A stretch of 64,000 nucleotides of DNA, from assembly GCA_964512385.1 (NCBI GenBank), contig CAZEHZ010000001.1:60963-124962 (forward strand), written 5' to 3'. The stretch's first letter is position 1. The number at the start of each line of letters is the position of its first letter. The DNA comes from an uncultured Victivallaceae bacterium (GTDB lineage Bacteria > Verrucomicrobiota > Lentisphaeria > Victivallales > Victivallaceae). Below are positions 18,501 to 26,989 of the stretch, piece by piece. Below the pieces are notes generated by a model that was given only the letters and a program-made list of their open reading frames with translations, had not been told where the DNA came from and did not search any database. The position numbers were made by a program, and so were the translations under genes.

Positions 18501-18865
18501 GCCGGAAAATCCGATATACCACTGCTTTGCAGATATTTACGCACGGGGTCCGACTGTAAAACCCGGCTTAATTCATCGGCACTCATCTGCTTGATTATGG
18601 CCGCCTTACGCATACGTTCACTCAGCAATGCCACGCCGTTTTCCTGTAGCAACGCCCGATAAATCATGGCCAGCAACCGTTCAAAAATCTCTCCGGCCGC
18701 CGCCCGGGTAAACGTCATCGCCACCAGTTCACGCACCGCCTGCGCCGGGTCCGCCGCCCATAACAACAGTTCCACCATCCGCAAGGTCAAATCCTCGGTC
18801 TTGCCAAATCCGGCCGAAGCACTTACGGTGTAAGAGTTTATCAATCCGGTATATTCCGCACTCAT
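15509..18865 (-). CDS. UvrD/Rep-type helicase fused to C-terminal PD-(D/E)XK nuclease (AddA/RecB-like subunit)
   Basis: 1118 aa. Walker A SAGFGKT, LLDEFQDTN, VGDVKQAIYGWRGG and TIHKSKGL motifs. C-terminal GRFDRV...VIDYKSD nuclease motif. Confidence 0.8.
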   Translation of the reverse strand: MSAEYTGLINSYTVSASAGFGKTEDLTLRMVELLLWAADPAQAVRELVAMTFTRAAAGEIFERLLAMIYRALLQENGVALLSERMRKAAIIKQMSADELSRVLQSDPVRKYLQSSGISDFPAELKAYGNVTLPECTPERLSRILQILAANMTLLNSGTIDSFMYKIVQSYPFELGLPGRAELMTDSEKDLRYKQLIMRLFTVKVDSAEFTAACREILAGQEKKRFFDFAEELLGELLSCSDMADTAAPWGKYRNYYPPENSCGLSVAEAEEIWRNYLNTSEYEKVISRKSGGESSRIFSEMLLKTAHLSAENGLVRAELDKLKTALNCWRDFPKIKNLGFVAKLDEYLQTAVKRLLLEGAAWRIRESANLTFEMRNLLTAFLQEYDRAVLTLGKLSFDDLPRLLNNTANDWAADVGFRLNTQMRHWLLDEFQDTNTDQLAVLNRIIDTVVPGENSLYLVGDVKQAIYGWRGGNRHLMKQETEEMCLQPSFLPFSYRYGKEICDALNHCFGRVAMRHGSLPENVQTEWNAIWQPHYSAVSRPGYFEVLGMVDERLGANSSPISAYAQMTTVRLAELKVVEHNLSCAILVRNNKTGIELKEELTKIMPQLADRLVWEGDETIAADPLIAGILALLVYIQHPGDTLSQFAAKLNQVLKPLLPDTSDDLKQANQRLALCGINGTIRYYLSRLHNLSVLNFAGENMEYSAAGNPNIPTLLEAARAFDHAEAGGDTIKFRNFVRTYKRRETALPGTIKLMTIHKSKGLTFDVVFAPMLTPGGGMALNINAPKVNGVLRGNKMDNCLPEYVLYNPGPAVFTVNELAGDLQIRHDEQIFEALCLNYVALTRARLATVVILPPLKKEKRRAVLEGEFISSLPGESYYVNDFMYDAVLVDSAATETEVAEWQVITRSWGSLTVVAEYAPSGKPAETVDNIMPITFTAGQRRLQRAEPSEHAAGIMEAWELPSGTDSAQIGTEIHEIFAHILDLKTFKISENYPKYLKKHLYNAQSNPQICALVNADADQIWRETPFEILLDSRWISGRFDRVNIYTAPSGEIDRVEVIDYKSDYLPDDTDLTIHSDRYMSQMQLYRRAAAKLTGVDAAMVKVYLIYTNSGRIHDCFKC

Positions 18866-21771
18866 CGTTGTTCCTCCAAACTGCGCCAGAACTCCGGCGT
18901 TAAGAAATCCGCCGGATTAAATCGCCCCAGCACATCGGCAAAGCTGTTCTGAAAATTAGACACCGCCCGCGGCGGCCAGAAGCAACGCCGCACAAAAATT
19001 GACTTTAACACCATGTCGGCACAATTCACCGCCGAGGCTAAAATGTCCGCATTTTCCGTTAATTCGGTAAACTCCTTTATCCCGGCCTCCGTATACACCA
19101 GCGGCACATAAAAATACGCCGCACGAATAACGGCATCCGCTTGAAAATCCGGCAAATTCAACTCCTTAAGCCCCGCCATATATAACGGTAACTGCAAATC
19201 CTGCCAATATTTTTCTTTATCCAAGCCAACCACCTGCCGCCATACCGACTCGGCTTCGGCGCCCTCTTCCACATTTTCCGTTACCGGCAGTAAACCCTTG
19301 CCGCCCCAATGTTTATCCTGCGGCGACTGTACTTTGCCGCCGGTTTTATAGTCAATAATCCGCCAATTAAAACCGCCGCCGGCATCCCGACGGTCGATGC
19401 GGTCTATCGTGCCGCGTAAACGCAAATTTTCCCGCCAGGCCTCCCGTTCGGCCTCCGGAAAGAACGCATAAAACACCCTTGGCCACGCCACTTCAAACGG
19501 TTGTTCCACCTTTACCGTATGCCAATTTTCCGCCATTACTCCGGCCTGATGCGTGGCAAATCCCCGCAACGACTCTTCCAGCAACTCCAACTGCAATCCC
19601 ACCAGACCACTGCCGCCGGAGGCAAAATTTTCCGCCTCCACCTGCGCCGCCAATTTACGGCACTGCGTTAAAATCTCATTTTCCGTTTCCCGGCCGGCCG
19701 ACTTCAACCGCCCCCGGCAATAGCGTTCCACAATTTTATGCAGTACCGTACCCCAAGTCATGTCATCCATTTCCAGACCGTTGCCGGACAACTCTTTACA
19801 ACGCAGTATCCGTTCCCGATAATATTGAAACGGGCATTGCAGATAGGTGGAAAACCCGGTTACGCTGATGGTATTTTTTAATAAATTATCCACCTTTACC
19901 GGCAAAAACGGCGGAAAACTACCGTTAAGCTCCGTCGGCAGTGGCGACAACAACAATTTTTCATTTAATTCACTGCCGAACAACTCCTTACAACGCAACG
20001 GCAAGGTTTCGGCCGCCACCTGCATCAACAGTCGTGCCGGCCGCAAAACCGTACCGTCCGTCCCGGTTCGGGCCGCCAGCAACTGCAGATTATAACAGCC
20101 GGACAGATGTTTAAAACGCACCACGTCGGCCGCATAATAATTATCCGCCGTCAACATAGACAAACTGCGTTTAAGTTGTTCCGGCAGAAAAATATCCGCC
20201 GTACTGCCGTAATTGAAATTTTCCGCATTAAAGCCCGCAATCAGCAAATTTCCACCACCGGAACGCCAGCCAAGTTCCAAAAAGCCAGACAATTCCGCCT
20301 GCCCGTCCCGGTTTGAATCCCCCGACAGCACGGCACTATTCAATAATAAACGAAACAAAGTAATTCGCAACGGGTTGCCTATCGGCAATCTTACCGCATC
20401 GGCCACCAAATTTTTTAACGGTTCCAACTCCGCAAAATCACCACGCACAAAATTACCGCTCTGCACCACCCGACCAGCCCACTCCCACACCGCATAGAGT
20501 TGATTATCAGCTATTAACACCGCAGCACGCTCGGCATATAAAAACTTAAATGCGTCAAATTCCGCCCCGGTTTTATCCTGCGCATAAGCCCATGCCTCCG
20601 CACAACTGCTCAGCACTCTGCGTTGCTGAATATCATCCCACGCCGCCAGCACCGCAAACCAGTCCAAGCCGAAAATTTTAGTTGACAAATAATTCTGCAC
20701 CAAGCCGTTACGCAACAACAGCATAAAACTGTCAAACGTTGGCACCGCCACCGCAAAATCCAGCAATCCGGCCAACAGCACCGCCAACGGCGACGAGGAC
20801 AATGCGGCGGTTTGCGGCCGGTAAAACTCCGGCAACTCCGCATCCAAAGCGCATTTATCCAACAGTACATCCGCCGTCTGCGAATCCAGCACTCCAATCA
20901 CCGCCGGGTACTCCGCCAACGGCAACGCCTTCAACGTATTTACGATCTTTAGTGCTTCGTCCTCCGCCGTGGCCATAAAACGCAGGTTATCTTTAACGTT
21001 AAAATCTATCGGAGTTTGCAGATAATAATCCGGTTTCGGCCGCCCGAACTCATCAAAGTTTTCCAGCTCGCTGTCCGGCACCGGCAACCAGTGTTCCACC
21101 GGAATTTCCAACCGCTCCACCGCCGACAACACCGCCTGCTTTAACTCCAGACAACCGATAAATACTACTTTTTCCACCTCGGTACGGACATTGGCCGGCT
21201 GAACGGCGGAGTGCAGTATATTATTGGCGGCATCATCGGTCAAGTCCGTTAATTTTTGCAGATAACGCTGTTCCAGATTGGCAAAAGCCGAAAAACGCTC
21301 CAGCGTTTCATAATTATATTCACCCTCTTTGGCGGCCAGCAGATTAACCACTTGCGCTATACTGCGGTTTTCTCCCGCCAATGTCAACCTGGTCTGCTGC
21401 AGATTTCGGGCGACGCCGGCCAGATATGCCGCCGACATATTCTGCCAACTGGCCGCCTGACGAAACAGAATTTCACTCGTTTCAGCCGGAAGCTCACGCA
21501 AGGCCTCCACCCATTTCCACAAAACTTCCGCCTCCGACGCTCCGGCCGGCAGGTTCAACAAGCGCTCCGGCTGAATTACCGTAAGATTTATTACGCCGTT
21601 GGCAAAACGCCCCGCCAGCTCCTCACGCAATAAACGGCACGATTCAGCTGTAGGTGTTACCAGCAAAATTTTTTCAAAATTTCCGGTGTCCGCCTGCTCC
21701 ATACCGTTCAACAGCTGTTTTACCGCCGAACTTAAAATCGTTTCGTTTCTGCCCAATGCCGTCAGTTTCAT
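18862..21771 (-). CDS. AddB-like PD-(D/E)XK nuclease subunit (inactivated-helicase type)
   Basis: C-terminal YLQCPFQYY..., GTIDRIDRR...WRIIDYKTG nuclease motif. 4-nt overlap with the AddA-like gene. Start set at ATG 21771 (MKLTALGR...), preceded by GGAG. I saw no GxGK[ST] Walker A. Confidence 0.7.
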   Translation of the reverse strand: MKLTALGRNETILSSAVKQLLNGMEQADTGNFEKILLVTPTAESCRLLREELAGRFANGVINLTVIQPERLLNLPAGASEAEVLWKWVEALRELPAETSEILFRQAASWQNMSAAYLAGVARNLQQTRLTLAGENRSIAQVVNLLAAKEGEYNYETLERFSAFANLEQRYLQKLTDLTDDAANNILHSAVQPANVRTEVEKVVFIGCLELKQAVLSAVERLEIPVEHWLPVPDSELENFDEFGRPKPDYYLQTPIDFNVKDNLRFMATAEDEALKIVNTLKALPLAEYPAVIGVLDSQTADVLLDKCALDAELPEFYRPQTAALSSSPLAVLLAGLLDFAVAVPTFDSFMLLLRNGLVQNYLSTKIFGLDWFAVLAAWDDIQQRRVLSSCAEAWAYAQDKTGAEFDAFKFLYAERAAVLIADNQLYAVWEWAGRVVQSGNFVRGDFAELEPLKNLVADAVRLPIGNPLRITLFRLLLNSAVLSGDSNRDGQAELSGFLELGWRSGGGNLLIAGFNAENFNYGSTADIFLPEQLKRSLSMLTADNYYAADVVRFKHLSGCYNLQLLAARTGTDGTVLRPARLLMQVAAETLPLRCKELFGSELNEKLLLSPLPTELNGSFPPFLPVKVDNLLKNTISVTGFSTYLQCPFQYYRERILRCKELSGNGLEMDDMTWGTVLHKIVERYCRGRLKSAGRETENEILTQCRKLAAQVEAENFASGGSGLVGLQLELLEESLRGFATHQAGVMAENWHTVKVEQPFEVAWPRVFYAFFPEAEREAWRENLRLRGTIDRIDRRDAGGGFNWRIIDYKTGGKVQSPQDKHWGGKGLLPVTENVEEGAEAESVWRQVVGLDKEKYWQDLQLPLYMAGLKELNLPDFQADAVIRAAYFYVPLVYTEAGIKEFTELTENADILASAVNCADMVLKSIFVRRCFWPPRAVSNFQNSFADVLGRFNPADFLTPEFWRSLEEQR

Positions 21772-22027
21772 TATTTCTCCAAAATTTTGCGTGATTCTTA
21801 TTAAAGAAGATAACCGGTTGCGGCTTAATTTCAAATTTTTTTACTATTTTTGGGACTTTTTTTACTGATTTTCAATATTCGCCCGGAACAAACCGTTTTA
21901 ATTCCGGTCTAATAAAGCAGTAAACTTCTTTCTTTATTGTGCCTGTTCAACAGGCCATGCCTCCGAGCCAGTGATGGGCGGGGGCTTGTTTTTTTTGGAG
22001 GGGCGGGATAAGAGTAATATGCGGCTT

Positions 22028-23101
22028 TTAGGTGTGGCGCAGATTTACTTTACTCACGTTGCCACGCCACACGATAATACGCCAAAACACATTAAGATAA
22101 ATCGTTTGGGCTAAAACCAGCCCCCAATGCCAGCGGGCAATTAAAAAACACGGCGCCAACAACTTAAATGTCAGCTTGGCATACCATAGCATTTGCAGGT
22201 AAATCCGCCAGCGGCCAGCGGCAAAAATCTGCTTTAACGCTTGCCGCCGAAGTTCAATGTCATACTTCTTTAAGCGGAAAAAACGCGACATAAAATCGTT
22301 TACCCATGAACAGAATCCATACCGTAAATCCTTACTCATCTGCCGGTAATGCGTTTTGTAAAACTCCAGAAAAGAGATTATGTTGGCGGCAATATCGTGT
22401 ATCGACCGGAGGTTTAAAGTGGTTGTTACCGAATTTGAACGATGCCGGTAATAATAACCCACCCCGCCAATATAAACTATGCTCTGAGCCGCCCAAAACA
22501 CCCGATACGTCCACTCGTCATCCTGATGCCGACGGCCGGGGACTTGATACAACTCGTTTTCCACCAGCAGTCCACGGCGGTAGCACTGCAGCCAAGTGGC
22601 GGAACGGAAACGGTTTTGCAAAATAATCTCCAACGCTTTTTTTCCGCTGAGTATTTGATTTTTCGGCAGATTACGTTTGATAACTTCTTCAACTTTAAAC
22701 TCATTATTGTCGCCAATATGAAAAACCGTGGCGGCAATGCCGATAATATCCAAGTTGCCAAATTCCGCCACCGCCGCATGGCTTCGGGCCAAAAGCGTTT
22801 CTTCCAGCACATCGTCGCCGTCCGCAAAAAAGATGTATTGCCCGGCGGCATTTTGAATACCGTAGTTCCGGCTTACCGAGGCCGACCCGGTACACGGCAG
22901 TGATACCACGGCAAAACGACGGTCATCCGCAATCAGAGACTGAATTAACGCCAGCGTACCGTCGGTACTCTCTTCCACCACACAAATACATTCAAAATCC
23001 GTAAAAGTCTGCGCTTTCACCGAGGCGATCAGTTCGGCAATATAATCGGCCACATTGCATGCCGGTACAATTATTGAAAAAAAAGGTGCACTGTTACTCA
23101 T
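22028..23101 (-). CDS. Family 2 glycosyltransferase
   Basis: FSIIVPACN..., ESTDGT, FADGDD (DxD) motifs. Hydrophobic C-terminal tail. Confidence 0.85.
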   Translation of the reverse strand: MSNSAPFFSIIVPACNVADYIAELIASVKAQTFTDFECICVVEESTDGTLALIQSLIADDRRFAVVSLPCTGSASVSRNYGIQNAAGQYIFFADGDDVLEETLLARSHAAVAEFGNLDIIGIAATVFHIGDNNEFKVEEVIKRNLPKNQILSGKKALEIILQNRFRSATWLQCYRRGLLVENELYQVPGRRHQDDEWTYRVFWAAQSIVYIGGVGYYYRHRSNSVTTTLNLRSIHDIAANIISFLEFYKTHYRQMSKDLRYGFCSWVNDFMSRFFRLKKYDIELRRQALKQIFAAGRWRIYLQMLWYAKLTFKLLAPCFLIARWHWGLVLAQTIYLNVFWRIIVWRGNVSKVNLRHT

Positions 23102-24191
23102 TTTTTATACTCTTTTTTAACTTAATAATGGTACAAAACAACCACACCGCCGCCACGCCGAATTGAGTACAACGGAAAAAATATTTTAAATCCGCCCGCT
23201 TTAAATCCGCCGGATTTACGGCTTTATACTCCACTTCCGCACACATGGCACGATACCGCTGATTAAAATCACCGAAATTACCGGCTTTATCACAAACCGC
23301 CGTCTGCAATTCATGGTAACGGGTGGTTAAATACAATGGCGCTTCCGCCGATGGGAAATATTGTTTTAAATTATTATCTTTAAACACTTTATAGCGTTCC
23401 TGCCACCGCATACACCACAATTCTTCCATCTCGGCAAACCGCTTTTTCCGCTTCTGTAAAAACCGCAGACAGGCCGAACCCGGATTGGATACATAGAAGT
23501 ACAGCACTTTATCCGACAATACCGCCCGCTGAACATACGGCAGATACGAGAAGAAAAAAGCTTCATCCTCATTGATCTTCAGCCCAAGGCGAAACTGTAA
23601 CTTATGCCGCTTAATTAAATCATGCCGGAACAGCGAAAGCGTTATATATCCACGTGCCGTAATTGACGCCGGATCACCCAGCCGCAAAAATGGATGCACC
23701 AGATTGGTTAACACCGCCGCCCGTTCCCACACTACTTCTCCCGGAACCGGAATTACGGCACTGATGTCGGCCGCTTTACCGTCTTTTATGCGTTGCAAGG
23801 CGCAACAACTCAAGTCGGCCTGATGGTTTTGGGCATTATTATACAAGTTTTCCAAAAAGTCCGGTGCCACTTTATCATCGGCATCCACAAAACTGATCCA
23901 TTCGCCTTCGGCCAACGTCAGCCCCCGGTTGCGCGCCGCACTGCTGCCTTGATTCGGGCCGGAAACAAACCGGATTATGTCCGGAAAGCGTTCGGCATAC
24001 TCTTTGCCGATTTCCGGCGAGTTATCGGTTGAACCGTCGTCAATCAGGATAATCTGAATCGGCTTCAGCGTTTGCCCCGTCAACGAGTCCAGACAATCCC
24101 GCAGTTTATCCCCCGGATTATAGACCGGCACAATAACTGAAACCATACTGTTATTTAACATTTTCCGCCACTCGCTTTCCTGCAATCCCAT
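23094..24191 (-). CDS. Family 2 glycosyltransferase
   Basis: VSVIVPVYNP, IDDGSTDNS and FVDADD motifs. 8-nt overlap with the downstream GT2. The true start may be an internal Met at 24161 or 24146. Confidence 0.85.
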   Translation of the reverse strand: MGLQESEWRKMLNNSMVSVIVPVYNPGDKLRDCLDSLTGQTLKPIQIILIDDGSTDNSPEIGKEYAERFPDIIRFVSGPNQGSSAARNRGLTLAEGEWISFVDADDKVAPDFLENLYNNAQNHQADLSCCALQRIKDGKAADISAVIPVPGEVVWERAAVLTNLVHPFLRLGDPASITARGYITLSLFRHDLIKRHKLQFRLGLKINEDEAFFFSYLPYVQRAVLSDKVLYFYVSNPGSACLRFLQKRKKRFAEMEELWCMRWQERYKVFKDNNLKQYFPSAEAPLYLTTRYHELQTAVCDKAGNFGDFNQRYRAMCAEVEYKAVNPADLKRADLKYFFRCTQFGVAAVWLFCTIIKLKKSIKNE

Positions 24192-24442
24192 ATCGGTACC
24201 CGCTCCGGCATTGCAGCGGGTACGTTATTCACTAAAAAAAATTTACACGTTATATTCTTTTTTTCAACTGTTTTTATAATTTTTCTTACTATAAAAATTC
24301 ACTATTCTGCAAAAACAACATTGAAAAAGTTAATAAACATGGTTATAGTATGGTGTATTAGTAATTTTGGCTAATTAAATCGTTATATTTTTTCCGGACT
24401 TATGCCGTACATAGAATAATTTAAATAACATTGCGGGACATT

Positions 24443-25396
24443 ATGAAAAATAATACAATTGTTACGATTGCCAACCAAAACTATTTTTGGGGTGCATTGC
24501 TTTTGGTCGCATCTGTCAGACAAGCCGGCATGGATGAACCCATACATATCTTTCAGTCCGGCTTTACCGCAGAGATGAAAAATCAACTTGCCGCACTCGG
24601 TGATGTTACCATCTTTGAGGCCGACAGCAAGGGCCGCAGTTTAACCTGTCTGAAGCCGGAAGCCATGCTAAGCGCCAATACCGACTATATTACATGGGTG
24701 GACTCCGACGGCTATTTTAACGGCAATGTTTCCGAGTTGATGATTCCGTCCGCCCCGGATAAGGTTCATCTTAGATTGCGGTCGGCGGCCGACAATAAAA
24801 GCACCTTCGAGTCTCTGAATTTATATGCCCCGGATGATGTACCCGGCAATATTCCACAGCATATTTTACAGGTTTGGCAACAGGATGTGCATAAGCTGGC
24901 CGGAACGGTCAACAGTACACCGAAAAATGCAACGTGCGCCGTGGCGTGCATTTTAGCTTTTCATAAAAACAGCCGGCCGTTTCTGGAAGCCTGGAAACAA
25001 CAGATGGCGACCGTACTGCCGCAGAAAAACGTCGGCGTGGTGGATAAACACTTGTCGGCCTATCGGCAGTTGGATGAGTCGGTGCTGAACAGTCTGCTTT
25101 GTTTCTGGCCGCAAGCACCGCTGGCGGAAGATTACCGGTTAGATAAAAATCGCGCCAAATTGTTCCTCCATGTAGTGGGGATTCCCAAGCCCTGGGAGTG
25201 GTGGTCTAAAGCTACGTATAAAAAATATTATGTTGAAATTATGCGGCTTGTCGATTGGATAAAAGAGCAAAATCTCCCGGATTTGAAGATTCCGCGGGCA
25301 TTTAACCGCAAATATGCGTTTTTCCATAAGCATTGCAGTCTTATTTGTCTGCTTTATCGCATATTACGCAAATTGTCCTTGATTTTTAACCGGTAA
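24443..25396 (+). CDS. Putative nucleotide-diphospho-sugar transferase (GT8-like fold)
   Basis: N-terminal IVTIANQNYFWGALLLVASVRQAG and WVDSDGYF (DxD) resemble GT-A/GT8-type enzymes. Weak assignment. ATG 24443 is preferred over the TTG at 24431. Confidence 0.4.
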   Translation: MKNNTIVTIANQNYFWGALLLVASVRQAGMDEPIHIFQSGFTAEMKNQLAALGDVTIFEADSKGRSLTCLKPEAMLSANTDYITWVDSDGYFNGNVSELMIPSAPDKVHLRLRSAADNKSTFESLNLYAPDDVPGNIPQHILQVWQQDVHKLAGTVNSTPKNATCAVACILAFHKNSRPFLEAWKQQMATVLPQKNVGVVDKHLSAYRQLDESVLNSLLCFWPQAPLAEDYRLDKNRAKLFLHVVGIPKPWEWWSKATYKKYYVEIMRLVDWIKEQNLPDLKIPRAFNRKYAFFHKHCSLICLLYRILRKLSLIFNR

Positions 25397-25453
25397 TAAA
25401 GTGTACACAATTATGTCATTTTTGTGCCAAATCGTGATTCGGACGACGGAAGC

Positions 25454-26989
25454 ATGAAAATTCCGGTAATAAAAAACACCTTTACCGGCTATATAAAAAT
25501 GGCGGTATTTTTACTTGAAGGCATTTTTGTCTCTCGCTGGATTATCCAATATCTGGGGATGGAACAATACGGCTTATGGGCGTTGTTATGGAGTCTTTTC
25601 GGCTACACATTACTGCTGGACGGCGGGTGCGGACTGGCGGCGCAAAAATATACCGCCGGCGGGTTGTATATTAAAAATCCACTGGAATACAGCCGGATAA
25701 TCTCGACAATTTTCACCTTTCACAGCGTTATGGCACTGGTAATTGCCGGTGTAACGGTGGCAGGAGGCTTCTTTTTGCCGCAACTGCTGGATATTAACGA
25801 ACCGGAAAAACTACAGCAGGCCCGAATCTGTTTCTTTCTGTTCGGTTTTGGGTCGGCCCTGCTGTTCCCCACCGGGCTGTTCCCGGAAATTTTAATCGGG
25901 TTGCAAAAAATCTATCTGCGCAACTCAATAACCGTTTGCAGTAAAATTGCCGAACTTGCCGGCGTCATCATTATGTTTTTGCTGGGCGGCAAACTAATCA
26001 CCTTAATCGCTTTTATCATGTTTAGTACGCTGGCGGAGAATTTAATTACCGCCTTTTTTGCCTTTAAAAATATTCCCGGCTTTAAACTGCGGTTCTACAG
26101 CGACCGTAAACACTGGCGGGAAATTATCAGCTTTAGCGGTTATGTATATTTAGGTATTCTAAGTAATTTACTATTAACACGAACCAGCCGGATTTTAATC
26201 AGCATCTTCTGCGGCATGACCAGTGTGGGATTGTTCCAGATTTCCAGCAAACTGGCCGATTTATGTTCCAAATTAGTAACGCAGTATCAGGAAAATATTG
26301 CACCGATTACCGGAAGTCTGCATAAAAGAGGCAAGTTTTTGGCCTTAGGCCGTATTGTCTTTGGGGCAATGCGCTGGAATGCGTTCACGGCAACGGCGGT
26401 GATGTTACCGTCTTTCTTTTTAGCGGCGCCGCTGCTGTTGGTGTTGTTTAAAGTGGAGTCGCCGGATATTACCGCACTAAGTAGACTCTTTTTAGTCTCG
26501 CTGTATTTAACCATTGTCTACCGTTCGGTGCCGCAGAAGTATTTTGTGATGTCTGACCAGCACCGGTTTTCCAACTGGATTTTACTGGGCGAGGCCTTGG
26601 CCACCGTGGTATTGAATATATTGCTGTTAAAAACCTTCGGCATTGTGGTGGTGCTGTATGTGGCGATTGGCCTGAAGCTGTTTATCTCATTTGTCTTCTT
26701 TATGCCGCTGCTGTTAAAACGACTCCACCTGAACGCCTGGTTATTTGTGCGTAAAATCGGGATTGAACCGTTGCTGGCGGGGATTCCGGCCATGCTGTGG
26801 CTACAGGGCTTCAGTTATTTGGCTCCGGCGGCAACGCCTTGGGTAAAGATTATCGTTGCCGGCGGCATTGCCGGGGTTTTATACGGAATTGCCATGCTGG
26901 TATTCTGCCCGCTACCACGTAAAATACGCAAATTTATCCCCCCAATGTTATGCCGACTCTGCCGGATAAGTGGCGGCCGGCTCGACTAA
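25454..26989 (+). CDS. MOP-superfamily polysaccharide/oligosaccharide flippase (Wzx-like)
   Basis: About 510 aa with 12 or more predicted TM helices. Located in the glycosyltransferase cluster. ATG 25454 is preferred over the GTG at 25424. Confidence 0.65.
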   Translation: MKIPVIKNTFTGYIKMAVFLLEGIFVSRWIIQYLGMEQYGLWALLWSLFGYTLLLDGGCGLAAQKYTAGGLYIKNPLEYSRIISTIFTFHSVMALVIAGVTVAGGFFLPQLLDINEPEKLQQARICFFLFGFGSALLFPTGLFPEILIGLQKIYLRNSITVCSKIAELAGVIIMFLLGGKLITLIAFIMFSTLAENLITAFFAFKNIPGFKLRFYSDRKHWREIISFSGYVYLGILSNLLLTRTSRILISIFCGMTSVGLFQISSKLADLCSKLVTQYQENIAPITGSLHKRGKFLALGRIVFGAMRWNAFTATAVMLPSFFLAAPLLLVLFKVESPDITALSRLFLVSLYLTIVYRSVPQKYFVMSDQHRFSNWILLGEALATVVLNILLLKTFGIVVVLYVAIGLKLFISFVFFMPLLLKRLHLNAWLFVRKIGIEPLLAGIPAMLWLQGFSYLAPAATPWVKIIVAGGIAGVLYGIAMLVFCPLPRKIRKFIPPMLCRLCRISGGRLD

